Shown here in pieces: positions 1 through 9,319 of a DNA stretch of 32,000 nucleotides. The stretch comes from Acaryochloris thomasi RCC1774 (GTDB lineage Bacteria; Cyanobacteriota; Cyanobacteriia; Thermosynechococcales; Thermosynechococcaceae), in the NCBI RefSeq assembly GCF_003231495.1, contig NZ_PQWO01000003.1:180001-212000 (forward strand), read 5' to 3'. Numbering within the stretch: the first letter of the stretch is position 1; every line of letters starts with the position of its first letter. The position numbers and the translations under genes are program-made. The notes below the pieces were generated by a model. It was given only the letters and a program-made list of their open reading frames with translations. It was not told where the DNA came from and made no database searches.

Positions 1-2
1 CC

Positions 3-479
3 CTACCCTTCGTGTGGGACGTCACCCAGGTCACCATCGGCATCGGCCTAGGGTTTGGAATCACGCTTGCCAGCGCCGTAGTCTATCAACTTTGGCCCAA
101 GTACCGCGAGTCGGCAGACCTCTATTTAAAGCTCATTCTATCGCCGCTCTTTTGGCCCGATCTAATCTGGCTAGGGCTGCTTCCTGGCCTCAGCGAAGAG
201 TTACTCTTTCGCGGCGTCATGCTCCCCGCATTCGGCCTCAATATAGTCGGTCTCATCATCTCTAGCATTTGCTTCGGCGTCCTACACATGAGCGGCCGCA
301 ATCAGTGGCCCTACGTCGTCTGGGCCACCGCCGTGGGAATGCTGCTGGGCTACAGCGTTATCTTGACGGGCAACCTTCTGATTCCGGTGATCGCGCACAT
401 CGTCACCAATCTCATCTCCAGCATCACCTGGAAATTCAGACATTCAGATCCACCCCCCCTCGAAAAAGTCCAAAATTAG
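3..479 (+). CDS. CPBP family intramembrane metalloprotease (CAAX/Abi type), probably 5'-partial
   Basis: The frame is open to the window start (track start 12 is a GTG). It has the CPBP motifs LSEELLFRG (EExxxR), FGVLH (FxxxH) and IAHIVTNL (HxxxN) within hydrophobic helices. Confidence 0.75.
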   Translation, partial: LPFVWDVTQVTIGIGLGFGITLASAVVYQLWPKYRESADLYLKLILSPLFWPDLIWLGLLPGLSEELLFRGVMLPAFGLNIVGLIISSICFGVLHMSGRNQWPYVVWATAVGMLLGYSVILTGNLLIPVIAHIVTNLISSITWKFRHSDPPPLEKVQN

Positions 480-575
480 CTCGACTCTCTAGCAGTAAAC
501 GGCGGAGCTAGAACAGCCCTTCACCAGCACAGATGGGTTTCAGCTATTTTTATGTCCTAGTCAATACGTGTAGTG

Positions 576-1271
576 CTACAAAACCTGATCGAGCGTGAGC
601 TGTTCTGCCGTTGAAGTAGCCTCACCCTTCGGTAGATAAATCGTCTGAATATCTTCTGGCAGAGCTTCCTGCAGGCATCGATAGGCGTAGCGGAGCTTCG
701 GCTGAATTTGCTCAATTGTGATCTCCTCCCCCTCGGCCTGCAGCACCGCCGCGATTCGGGAATCCGGCCAGCGAAAGACCTGCGAAAGCGTCAGCAATAG
801 GCGAGAGAGCGGCGGCAAATCTTCCAGCGCCATCTGCAAATAGCACCACAGAGGCGGAGAGGCAGCTTCCAAAGAATATTGAATTGTCTCAATGGCCGGG
901 ACTTCATCTTGATTAATACATAGAGCAATTTTATTGACCACCCAAGGCTGAAGCGAAAAATCATCGGGTGCGTTGCTGGCATCAACCGGCAGATACCTCA
1001 ACTCATAAAAAATGTTGCGCCACAGGCGCGCAAATAGGTAATCCACCTGCATTGCCACTCTGGCCTTATTCCGTAATAGCGAGTATGTGAGCACGCCATA
1101 CCGACAAAAGATCGCCACAAAAAATCGACCCTGCTCGGGGTGTAGCTGAAATCCTTGAGTCAGCTCAAGATCGCTCTGCTCTAGGCAAGGACCTACAAGT
1201 GGGTGGCCTGCTTCAGGGAATTCAGGTAGCTTCATGGACTCAACAGGAATGGTGAATGGGCTGGACGGCAC
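576..1271 (-). CDS. hypothetical protein, weakly sigma-70-like (region 4-type HTH at the C-terminus)
   Basis: 231-aa ORF. The segment LSQVFRWPDSRIAAVLQAEGEEITIEQIQPKLRYAYRCLQEAL resembles a sigma-70 region 4 HTH. The assignment is by eye only. Confidence 0.35.
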   Translation of the reverse strand: MPSSPFTIPVESMKLPEFPEAGHPLVGPCLEQSDLELTQGFQLHPEQGRFFVAIFCRYGVLTYSLLRNKARVAMQVDYLFARLWRNIFYELRYLPVDASNAPDDFSLQPWVVNKIALCINQDEVPAIETIQYSLEAASPPLWCYLQMALEDLPPLSRLLLTLSQVFRWPDSRIAAVLQAEGEEITIEQIQPKLRYAYRCLQEALPEDIQTIYLPKGEATSTAEQLTLDQVL

Positions 1272-1462
1272 AGGGCAGCAGTTCCATCACAGCAAACCTT
1301 AGCATCAACTGGAAAATCTGCGAAAGTGGCGACCATTAGCGAAAAGCAGCAGCCATTCACCTAGCGCTCTTAAAGAGACCACTCAATCCAACGATGGATC
1401 CCTTTATTAAGAAAAGTAAATATAATAGTTAATAGAACTTAATCATTCTGTTAAGCCTCACG

Positions 1463-2158
1463 ATGAATACCACTCCTTACATACGCTTACGGCGACTCTC
1501 AACGCTGATCGCTGTTTCAATCTTGACTTTGTTTACCCTGTCTGGCGTGACCGGCATATTACTAGCGTTTTACTATGACCCAGCAGCAGGAGAAGCCTAC
1601 AACTCTCTCCAAAATATTGTGGAGAACGTCTCCAGTGGCTGGCTGATCTACAGCATTCACAATCTGGCCGGGAACGGCATCATCACTTTAGCAATGGTGC
1701 AAATGGTGATCTTATTTCTAGGACGGCAGTTCAACCGCCACTGGTGGCTGTCTTGGATTAGCGGCGGTCTGTTGCTGCTAAATCTGATGGGCCTGGGCTG
1801 GACCTCAATGATTCTGGGCTGGAACCAGGAAGGATTTTGGCGCTTGAAGATCGAGCTGGGCCAAATTTCTGGCATTCCGGTCGTGGGTGAGACCTTGGCT
1901 CGCATCTTGACAGGAGGCGTAGGCATCGGCACAGCAACCATTCAGCACCTATATACGCTGCACAGCTATGTCCTAGCCTTGACGGCGCTTGGTTTAGCAG
2001 TGACCCACCTGACTGTTCTCATCCGACAGCAGCAAGACGATCGATTGTTCGTCTTGGACAAGCTGGAGAAGCTAGTCCAAGGGTCTGAATTGTCAGAAGA
2101 AGCGGCGTCTGAAACAGCAACATCTGAAGAACGAGAGAAGGTGACCTCTGCTTCCTAG
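1463..2158 (+). CDS. cytochrome b/b6 N-terminal-domain-like membrane protein (PetB paralogue-like)
   Basis: GWLIYSIHNLAGNG matches the b6 helix B motif GWLIRSIHRW. It is a four-helix protein with H-x14-H on the last helix and an acidic Ser/Glu-rich tail. It lies upstream of petCA on the same strand. Confidence 0.6.
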   Translation: MNTTPYIRLRRLSTLIAVSILTLFTLSGVTGILLAFYYDPAAGEAYNSLQNIVENVSSGWLIYSIHNLAGNGIITLAMVQMVILFLGRQFNRHWWLSWISGGLLLLNLMGLGWTSMILGWNQEGFWRLKIELGQISGIPVVGETLARILTGGVGIGTATIQHLYTLHSYVLALTALGLAVTHLTVLIRQQQDDRLFVLDKLEKLVQGSELSEEAASETATSEEREKVTSAS

Positions 2159-2175
2159 CGAAGGATGCCAGGAAT

Positions 2176-2493
2176 CTAGAAGTTTTCCACCATCCACTCT
2201 GAGGCTCTGCCCCCTAGCTCAACGGGAATGCTCACGGCTTTACCCAGACGAGGTCGCTCTTTAGTATTCTGAACGTAGTCGGTAATCTGTTGGCCTGCGC
2301 CCCAGCCTTTGATGTAGGTTGCGATCGCATCTAAATGCTCTTGATATTCTAGCTCCGTCATCGGGAACGACGCCTGCTCTAAATAGCGCCACATCACCTG
2401 GACAAAGACCTTGCCCTGGGTGCGCCGCAGTTGAACATCATAGGAACGGCCCCATTTTTCAAGTAACAACTGGTGTAACTCCGAGCCAGTCAT
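2176..2493 (-). CDS. conserved cyanobacterial/plastid-lineage small protein (DUF3067-like)
   Basis: 105-aa ORF. The N-terminus LLLEKWGRSYDVQLRRTQGKVFVQVMWRYLEQASFP matches my recollection of the DUF3067 family. Confidence 0.5.
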   Translation of the reverse strand: MTGSELHQLLLEKWGRSYDVQLRRTQGKVFVQVMWRYLEQASFPMTELEYQEHLDAIATYIKGWGAGQQITDYVQNTKERPRLGKAVSIPVELGGRASEWMVENF

Positions 2494-2797
2494 AGGTCAG
2501 TCCTTATTGATCATGCGCATCTTCTCAGGCTATACCAGATTTTGAGTCGATGCGACAGGTCAAACTATCACTAAATCCGCATAATTTCCGTTGCAGGTGG
2601 AATTGAGACTCAACAAATGGGATAATGATGTCAAGAAATGTAATGATGCCCCTCGAATTTTGGTTGTGACCTCTCTAACGTCAATCTTGCCAGCCCCTCT
2701 GTTTGCAACATCAGAGCTGTCGGCAAATGAAGTCATCGCCCAAACGTTAGGGGACCGTGCAAAGCTGTTGATACCCACATTAAGATCATCGTAAATC

Positions 2798-3337
2798 ATG
2801 GCTCAAGTCTCTGGATCCGCTGATGTGCCCGATATGGGCCGTCGTCAATTTATGAACTTTTTAGCGTTCGGCGCTGTGACAGGCACGGCTATCGGCGGCC
2901 TGTACCCTGTTGTTCGATACTTTATCCCACCTTCAAGTGGTGGATCGGGTGGCGGCATCAACGCAAAAGATGCCCTCGGTAACGACATTGTTGTCAGCGA
3001 GTACACCGCCTCTCACCCCGCAGGCGATCGCAACCTAGCCCAGGGACTCAAGGGTGACCCAACCTACGTAATTGTGGATGAAGACGATTCCATTCGCAGC
3101 TACGGCCTCAATGCAATCTGCACTCACCTGGGCTGTGTTGTGCCTTGGAATGTGGGTCAAGACCGGTTTATCTGCCCCTGCCACGGTTCTCAGTATGACA
3201 ACACCGGTAAAGTGGTTCGTGGTCCCGCACCTCGATCCCTAGCCCTTGCCCATGCCGACGTCGTTGATGACAAGCTGGTCTTTAGTACGTGGACAGAAAC
3301 AGACTTCCGTACCGACGAAGATCCTTGGTGGGCCTAG
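2798..3337 (+). CDS. petC: cytochrome b6-f complex Rieske iron-sulfur subunit
   Basis: It has the Rieske 2Fe-2S boxes [10 protein letters not shown] and CPCHGSQY, an N-terminal TM anchor and the typical 179-aa length. It sits directly upstream of petA. Confidence 0.95.
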   Translation: MAQVSGSADVPDMGRRQFMNFLAFGAVTGTAIGGLYPVVRYFIPPSSGGSGGGINAKDALGNDIVVSEYTASHPAGDRNLAQGLKGDPTYVIVDEDDSIRSYGLNAICTHLGCVVPWNVGQDRFICPCHGSQYDNTGKVVRGPAPRSLALAHADVVDDKLVFSTWTETDFRTDEDPWWA

Positions 3338-3426
3338 GCGCACAGGTAAGTTTCAGAACTTTCTAGCAGCGAGAGTTCTGACATTTTATTTTTTTGCTGA
3401 TTCCTTTGATTTGAGTTTGACTGATA

Positions 3427-4386
3427 ATGAAGCGAAGCTTTTTACCCATAATCACTCGGACGGGCCTTAGTTTCTTGAGTGCGCTCCTTGTCTGCCTTGG
3501 CGGCATCGTCGCACTACCCAACGTAGCTCAGGCTTATCCCATCTACGCGCAGCAGGCCTACGACAGCCCGCGCGAGGCCACGGGTCGGATCGTGTGCGCG
3601 AACTGTCACCTGGGGGCCAAACCGACTAAGGTGGAAATTCCTCAGGCAATTCTGCCCGACACCGTATTTGAAGCCATTGTCGAAATCCCCTACGACACTG
3701 ACGTCCAGCAGGTTCTAGGTAACGGAGAGTTAGGGCCGCTCAACGTGGGTGCGGTTATTGACCTGCCCGAAGGCTTCAAGCTAGCGCCTGAAGAGCGGAT
3801 TCCCGAAGAAATAAAAGAAAAAACCACCGGTCTCTTCTACCAGCCGTACAAAGCTGGCGAAGACGGAACCTACGTGATTGGTCCAATCTCTGGCGCTGAT
3901 CACCAAGAGATTGTCTTCCCGATTCTGTCTCCTGATCCTAAGACTGACCCCAATGTTCACTTTGGCAAGTATTCCGTTCATGTCGGCGGCAACCGAGGCC
4001 GAGGTCAGATTCAGCCAACCGGTGACAAGACTAACAACGCAATCTACACGGCTTCTGTCGCGGGCCAAATCACCGGCATTTCCGCTGGAGACTCCGGTGC
4101 AACGGTAACCATTGCTGCGGAAGATGGCGGTACCGTCACTGAGACCATTCCAAATGGACCGCAGATCATTGTTTCTGAAGGTGAGGATATCGCGGCAGGC
4201 GCACCACTCACCAACGATCCTAATGTCGGCGGCTTTGGTCAAAAAGATGCCGAGATCGTGCTACAGAACCCCACACGGATTAAGTGGCTGATGGCTTTCT
4301 TTGCAGCCATTATGATTTCTCAAGCCATGCTGGTTCTGAAGAAGAAGCAGGTCGAGCAAGTTCAAGCTGCAGAGATGAATTTCTAG
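3427..4386 (+). CDS. petA: cytochrome f precursor
   Basis: The signal peptide ends AQA|YPIYAQQAY, giving the mature N-terminal Tyr. It has the CANCH haem-binding motif and a C-terminal TM anchor WLMAFFAAIMISQAMLVL. Confidence 0.95.
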   Translation: MKRSFLPIITRTGLSFLSALLVCLGGIVALPNVAQAYPIYAQQAYDSPREATGRIVCANCHLGAKPTKVEIPQAILPDTVFEAIVEIPYDTDVQQVLGNGELGPLNVGAVIDLPEGFKLAPEERIPEEIKEKTTGLFYQPYKAGEDGTYVIGPISGADHQEIVFPILSPDPKTDPNVHFGKYSVHVGGNRGRGQIQPTGDKTNNAIYTASVAGQITGISAGDSGATVTIAAEDGGTVTETIPNGPQIIVSEGEDIAAGAPLTNDPNVGGFGQKDAEIVLQNPTRIKWLMAFFAAIMISQAMLVLKKKQVEQVQAAEMNF

Positions 4387-4417
4387 CAACGAGTCTGGCT
4401 TGCTAAATTGAATGTAC

Positions 4418-4450
4418 GAAAGGCGCTTCCTCATGGTTGCGCCTTTTTTT
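4418..4450 (+). terminator. intrinsic terminator after petA
   Basis: Hairpin gaaaggcgc / gcgcctttc with a 12-nt loop, followed by a T-run (gcgccttttttt). It lies between convergent petA and nadV. Confidence 0.6.
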
Positions 4451-4477
4451 AGAACGTTTGAAGAATTAGAAATTTGC

Positions 4478-5854
4478 TTATGTTTTCAGAGCAGTCGCTC
4501 GAACAGCCTCAAAGTCATATTCCTTCAGCAGGGTACCGTTTTCATAAACCGTTGCCAGAACACTTTGGTCATGCTGAGCTTGTCCTTCTAGGGCGACTGT
4601 GCAATATCCTGTCTTATCTATAATCAGGTCCAGACGACCCGCTTTACTCCGCTTGCCTGGGTCGGTAGCAGGATCTTTAAAGACGGGGGTCGCATCTCCG
4701 TCGATATTGATGCTGCTGCACTTGTAGGCAAACCGTTGGGTATCGCGATCCACTCGCTGCAGAAGAGCACCTCCCATACCAAAGGCAACATTAGAGGCAC
4801 TGAAGCCTTGCTGCATCATGGCATCTAAAACGTCTGCAATACTTTGCGGGTTCATGCCGTCCCCCTGAATTAAGCGGACGTGTTGAAGAACTTTGTATCC
4901 CTTTGTATTTTTGACGGTACCGAAGGCATCCTCTAGAAGGTGCAGGCAACGCATGACAACAGTCTTGGGGTCTCCAGAATCAGGACGAATGACAACTGTT
5001 GCACCGGAGTCGATCACCTGCTGGCGTAGTTTTTGGCCCCAGAGATTTGCGATCGCACCCCAAATATCATAAGAATCCGACACCACAGCCACCGTTTTTC
5101 CCGGCTGAGCAAAACGCTGCAGCATATTCTGATAAGCATCCACCTCTCGAGATCTGCCCCAGGCCGTCATCGTAGAGTGTTCTGCTGCCGGAATCGAGAA
5201 CCCCGCCATCGGGCAATTGTAATAACGGTTGGCGTATAAAACACCCTGTACAGTATCGCTGCCTTTAAAGTTGACTAAGTTAGCCATGCCGCCAATTCCA
5301 GAAGATTCACAGCTAGAGACCCCTCTCGCTCCGAAATCGTGAAGCTTAAAGTCAATCTCTTCGTCAGGCTGATCAGCCGTTTTGACCAGATAGTCATAAA
5401 TGAGCTGGCGAATGTAGTAGCTTTGGGTCGCCACCGTTGTCGGATACCAGACCCTCAATAGCATCGTTTCTAGCCAAGAGACCAGCCAGAACGATTTGGG
5501 ATCCGTCGATTCCACCGTCATTAGAACATTGTGAACCGGCACCACAGAGCCTTCGGGGACGGCGCGGATTCTGACCGGCAGTCTACCGTCTAGTCGCTGA
5601 ACAATATCGGTGAAGCCTTCGGCATTAAAGGGAACACCGTGGGCTTGATAGAAAGCTTGAGCTTCATCCACCATCCACTGTTCGAGGGGCTGGCTGAGGT
5701 AGGTTTTGAGAATATACTGCAGGCCAAAAAAGACGGTGGCCGGATAGCGTCCCCCTCGACTTTCGGCGTAGGAGAACATGCTGTCGGTGCCGGGTGGATA
5801 CTGCAGCCAGTGGCTTGCTTTGTACGAATCAGTATCAAGCAGTAAGTTATACAT
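4478..5854 (-). CDS. nadV: nicotinamide phosphoribosyltransferase
   Basis: 458 aa. The N-terminus LLLDTDSYKASHWLQYPPGT is typical of the NAMPT/NadV family. It is adjacent to nadM, as in Synechocystis slr0788/slr0787. Confidence 0.9.
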   Translation of the reverse strand: MYNLLLDTDSYKASHWLQYPPGTDSMFSYAESRGGRYPATVFFGLQYILKTYLSQPLEQWMVDEAQAFYQAHGVPFNAEGFTDIVQRLDGRLPVRIRAVPEGSVVPVHNVLMTVESTDPKSFWLVSWLETMLLRVWYPTTVATQSYYIRQLIYDYLVKTADQPDEEIDFKLHDFGARGVSSCESSGIGGMANLVNFKGSDTVQGVLYANRYYNCPMAGFSIPAAEHSTMTAWGRSREVDAYQNMLQRFAQPGKTVAVVSDSYDIWGAIANLWGQKLRQQVIDSGATVVIRPDSGDPKTVVMRCLHLLEDAFGTVKNTKGYKVLQHVRLIQGDGMNPQSIADVLDAMMQQGFSASNVAFGMGGALLQRVDRDTQRFAYKCSSINIDGDATPVFKDPATDPGKRSKAGRLDLIIDKTGYCTVALEGQAQHDQSVLATVYENGTLLKEYDFEAVRATALKT

Positions 5855-6005
5855 CGTGAATTCCTTTGTCGCGCTCCGCGACAGATATGTATGCCCTCGG
5901 TCTATCTGAGGGTTTGAGGTCCAGTTGATTAGGGGAAATTGGAGCTTGCGATCTTATCGGGGTATTGGTTAGCTGAAGAACGAGCAGAGATTTTGCACTG
6001 GCCCC

Positions 6006-6218
6006 CACTGGCCCCCCTAGCCCCCAATTCTGGGGGAAAGTACTCAAATTGTTTAGGCTTTCCCAGAAAATGATTGTCGTTCGCAGATAAGCAGCATTGT
6101 GCCTTAGAAGAAACAGCCTTGAGCGTTTAGATGGCCACTAGAAGAGGGCTTAGCCTTTACGATCTCTCAACACTTACATACACTCTCCCCCCAGAATTGG
6201 GGGGCCGGGGGGCCAATG
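6006..6218. repeat. imperfect inverted repeat pair (about 31-nt G/C-run arms) flanking about 150 bp
   Basis: Left arm 6006-6036 is cactggcccccctagcccccaattctggggg. The reverse complement of right arm 6187-6218 is cattggccccccggccccccaattctgggggg. Each arm also holds a local hairpin (ccccca-attc-tggggg). Confidence 0.6.
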
Positions 6219-6273
6219 CAGCAGCTCCAAAAAGCAGCCGTTCCCAGAAAAGCCACTCCCACAGGAGGTACGG

Positions 6274-7296
6274 CTAAATCTGGCTAATAAAGTGCTGAAT
6301 GATGTGAAAGTGATCCTCATAAAAGCGAGGCTCATCTTTCTCAAGGCTTGATAGCGACATCCACCAGGCTTTATCAGCATCATCACTGCCCTTAACGCGG
6401 GGCAAGGGGCCAGACTTGAGCTGAATAAAGAAGGCGTGGGTAATTGTGCGGCCCCTCAGAGAGCGGTCGGGGTTATCAAAAACCTGCCGTCCCACAATCG
6501 ATCCTTGGAGAACCGGAACCGGAACTTTAATACCTGTTTCTTCTCTCAACTCCCGGATCATGCCATTTTCTAGCGTTTCCAATTGATCAATAAAGCCACC
6601 CGGCAGCGCAACCAGACCTTTCCCCGGAGAAGCTTTGCGACGGACCATGAGCACGTGGCCGGACTGCACCACGACCGCATCAACCGTGACGTGGGTCGGC
6701 GGATAGGGAGCCACTGACCAGGATTCTTTGTACTGCTGAATGAACCGCCATTCTTCACAAAGGCGCTGGTATTCTGGGTCGGACTGGAAGGTTTTCAGAT
6801 CATTGAGCACGGAAGGGGGAAGCTGTGAGGACTGCTTCCAATTGTCGCTGCCGCTGAAGTATCGGGTCCGAATTGCAGTGGCGTTTAAGCCCTGATAGTT
6901 ATCAACAGGCACATAGTCCCACTGGGGAAACAAGTCGAGGTAGTAGGAGCTGTTGTCCTTTTGATGGCCGATGATGGCGACGCTATCGGAGGCGTCGGTG
7001 ATCATCTCGACCTGTTTTTGAATGTCGGAGACCCAAAGGTTGTCACTGTAGAGGCGATCACGGGCATAGGCAAAGATGATGCGATTCTGGGTTGCAGCAT
7101 CAAAGCAACCAGAGATCATTGATTGCCGATGCTCAGAACTCCAGGGGTTTTTGATATTGGGAGCAACCTGATGGCTCCCTAAAAAAACAATAACCACCTC
7201 TGACAACTGCAACGCCTTCTCGACGGTGTACAGATGTCCTAAGTGGAACGGCTGAAATCTACCAATGTAGACACAGTGGCTGTATTTATAATTCAT
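6274..7296 (-). CDS. nadM: bifunctional NMN adenylyltransferase / Nudix hydrolase (NadM-Nudix)
   Basis: It has the nucleotidyltransferase motif YIGRFQPFHLGH and the Nudix box GGFIDQLETLENGMIRELREETGI. I chose the ATG at 7296 (MNYKYSH), preceded by a GGGAG-like SD, over the track start at 7356. Confidence 0.85.
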   Translation of the reverse strand: MNYKYSHCVYIGRFQPFHLGHLYTVEKALQLSEVVIVFLGSHQVAPNIKNPWSSEHRQSMISGCFDAATQNRIIFAYARDRLYSDNLWVSDIQKQVEMITDASDSVAIIGHQKDNSSYYLDLFPQWDYVPVDNYQGLNATAIRTRYFSGSDNWKQSSQLPPSVLNDLKTFQSDPEYQRLCEEWRFIQQYKESWSVAPYPPTHVTVDAVVVQSGHVLMVRRKASPGKGLVALPGGFIDQLETLENGMIRELREETGIKVPVPVLQGSIVGRQVFDNPDRSLRGRTITHAFFIQLKSGPLPRVKGSDDADKAWWMSLSSLEKDEPRFYEDHFHIIQHFISQI

Positions 7297-7412
7297 CCCA
7301 GACTCCCTAGGAAAAGTGGTGTCTTCTCTCCGAAGACGTGATACCACGCTAATCAATCAAATTTAATCTGTCAATAGTCAGTGACGAATTCTGTGCATGC
7401 TCAGCCTGTGAT

Positions 7413-7622
7413 CTAGACAGCAGGATAAGCTTCTATCCATTCAAAAATTCTGTTGACTTGTGGCAGAGAGACCAGTCCAAACTTCCAAAGAATCACAGGG
7501 AGATGATTGAGGCTTGAGATCTCCTGCCGTAACACAAGAGAAATGGCTTCTTGCGAAACGCTCAAGTCTTTTTGCAAGAATTCAGTCAGATGAGCGGTGA
7601 GTTGTGGTGACATATCTCTCAT
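7413..7622 (-). CDS. small conserved cyanobacterial protein (DUF2949-like)
   Basis: 69 aa with the core ILWKFGLVSLPQVNRIFEWIE. It is a clear paralogue of the ORF at 30651-30869. Confidence 0.55.
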   Translation of the reverse strand: MRDMSPQLTAHLTEFLQKDLSVSQEAISLVLRQEISSLNHLPVILWKFGLVSLPQVNRIFEWIEAYPAV

Positions 7623-7704
7623 GCACTTGCTGATGACAATTCAGAATATATCGGCAAAATCTGAGAGAGTCCTGATACAGTTCTAAATTTAGCGGAGGGA
7701 GTCT

Positions 7705-8562
7705 CTAAGAATAAATGAGCCAAGCAAACTTACCGACTCCAAGACTAATGTACAAGAGAAGTGCGATCGCAAATACTCCGACAAAAGATGAGATCGCAAC
7801 CCAATCAGCTTTCCCTAACACCGACTCATGCAGATAGGTCCGGTCTGCGCTTCCTGAAAATGCCTTAGACTGGAGCACCACCTCTAGCTTTTGCGACTTC
7901 ATCATCGCTCCTAGAATCAGCGGTACCGCCACCCCACCATAAACCTGCACCTTCTGCAGCGGATTCATTTGCTCCAATGCCAGTCCTCGCAGGCGCTGCG
8001 CCTCCACAATGCTCTGCAGTTCTTCAAACAACAGCGGGAAAAAACGCAGCGTTGAAGAAAAGACAAACACAATCTTGTAAGGCACCTTCGTCTGCACCAG
8101 CGCCACGATCATATTGTTGATATCCGTCGTCAGCATCGCCAGCGGAATGACCAAAATCATCGTCAGCGTTTTGAAAACAATATTCAACCCGTAAAGCGTC
8201 CCCTCCACTGACAGTTGAGCACCCCCAACCCAAAGCCAATTAACAGGCAGGGTTAGCAACGGCGTCAGCACCTCTTTATTAGTGAGTGCCTTGACCTGGG
8301 CAACGTTGAAGAATCCCATACTCAACAGCAAAAAAAAATAGAGCGGAATCATCACCTTGAGCAAAGTTGTCAGATAGCTGCGCTTCACGCCCACCAGTAG
8401 GCTAGACACGATGACCGCAAGCGTCAGCAGCCCCCCTGCAATCGGGCTTTCCCACAGGAAGGCAATCACGGTGATGAGAGCGACGATCACAAGCTTGGCG
8501 CGGAAGTCTAAACGAGTGAACGCTGATTCACGAGTGACGGTTTGCAGTCGAGTGACGGCCAT
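7705..8562 (-). CDS. ecfT: ECF transporter transmembrane (T) component, CbiQ/EcfT family
   Basis: Polytopic protein with the EcfT signature region LRFFPLLFEELQSIVEAQRLRGL ... LQSKAFSG. I chose the start at ATG 8562 (MAVTRLQ), which has an AAGGA SD and removes the overlap with the Uma2 gene. Confidence 0.75.
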   Translation of the reverse strand: MAVTRLQTVTRESAFTRLDFRAKLVIVALITVIAFLWESPIAGGLLTLAVIVSSLLVGVKRSYLTTLLKVMIPLYFFLLLSMGFFNVAQVKALTNKEVLTPLLTLPVNWLWVGGAQLSVEGTLYGLNIVFKTLTMILVIPLAMLTTDINNMIVALVQTKVPYKIVFVFSSTLRFFPLLFEELQSIVEAQRLRGLALEQMNPLQKVQVYGGVAVPLILGAMMKSQKLEVVLQSKAFSGSADRTYLHESVLGKADWVAISSFVGVFAIALLLYISLGVGKFAWLIYS

Positions 8563-8608
8563 TATCGTTCCTTGAGGACTAGATGCCAATAGGTCAATAC
8601 AGCCCTCA

Positions 8609-9175
8609 TCAAAAGAAACAGGCCAGTCGACAGCAGAATCCTGGCAAAAGTGGTGAGTCAATTTGATCAGAAGCTAAGAGTGTTGCCATCAGGAGAAGTT
8701 GAGCACCTTCCCGCCGATAAACTTCCAGTTGCTTTAGTCGCCAGTCAACAATCCAGTATTCTTGAACGCCCTTAAGAGAATAAAGTTTCAACTTCGCTTC
8801 TCGGTCTCGACGTTCATTGGTGTTGCCCGCCGAAAGCACTTCGATTATGAGTTCAGGTGCATCAGTGAGATGACCTTCATCATCCATAATTTCTTCTAAA
8901 CGCTCACTGCTGACCCAAACTAAATCTGGAATGACGTTATCGGCATCAGAGAAAATAACTCCCGGCGTAATCAGGGGTATCCCCAACGCTGTCTCATTCG
9001 ACCAGCTCAACAACTTGGCATAAATTCGCCCAAGGGAATTTTGATGCCCGGCGTGAGGCGCACGGGTCACAAAAAGCTCTCCATCAATAATTTCATAGCG
9101 CTTCCACTCATCAGCCGCTAACAACTCTACATCGGCGCTTGTCCAGCGTACTTTACCTGTGGCGGTCTGAATCAT
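8609..9175 (-). CDS. Uma2 family (DUF820) putative endonuclease
   Basis: 188 aa with typical Uma2 blocks: YEIIDGELF, PDLVWVS, PELIIEVLS, KLKLYSLKGVQEYWIVD. Confidence 0.8.
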   Translation of the reverse strand: MIQTATGKVRWTSADVELLAADEWKRYEIIDGELFVTRAPHAGHQNSLGRIYAKLLSWSNETALGIPLITPGVIFSDADNVIPDLVWVSSERLEEIMDDEGHLTDAPELIIEVLSAGNTNERRDREAKLKLYSLKGVQEYWIVDWRLKQLEVYRREGAQLLLMATLLASDQIDSPLLPGFCCRLACFF

Positions 9176-9319
9176 AGGTCGTGACGCCTAAAATGAGCGT
9201 TGCCAAGTTACTCTTGCTAAATCACAAAATATCTAGCCTTATTCACGATTGTAATCGCAATCACTCCAAGCCTATTCAAGACTACCTCTCCCCAATACGT
9301 CAGGCTGGTAGTTACAGTG

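Noticed and set aside
2560-2799. Overlapping 79-aa (minus) and 67-aa (plus) ORFs upstream of petC
   Set aside because: They are mutually overlapping ORFs in the petC promoter/leader region with no recognisable motifs. I treat them as non-coding.
6006-6218. Classifying the inverted repeat as a definite MITE
   Set aside because: I could identify no target-site duplication, and there is only one copy in the window. I report it only as an inverted repeat of unknown origin.
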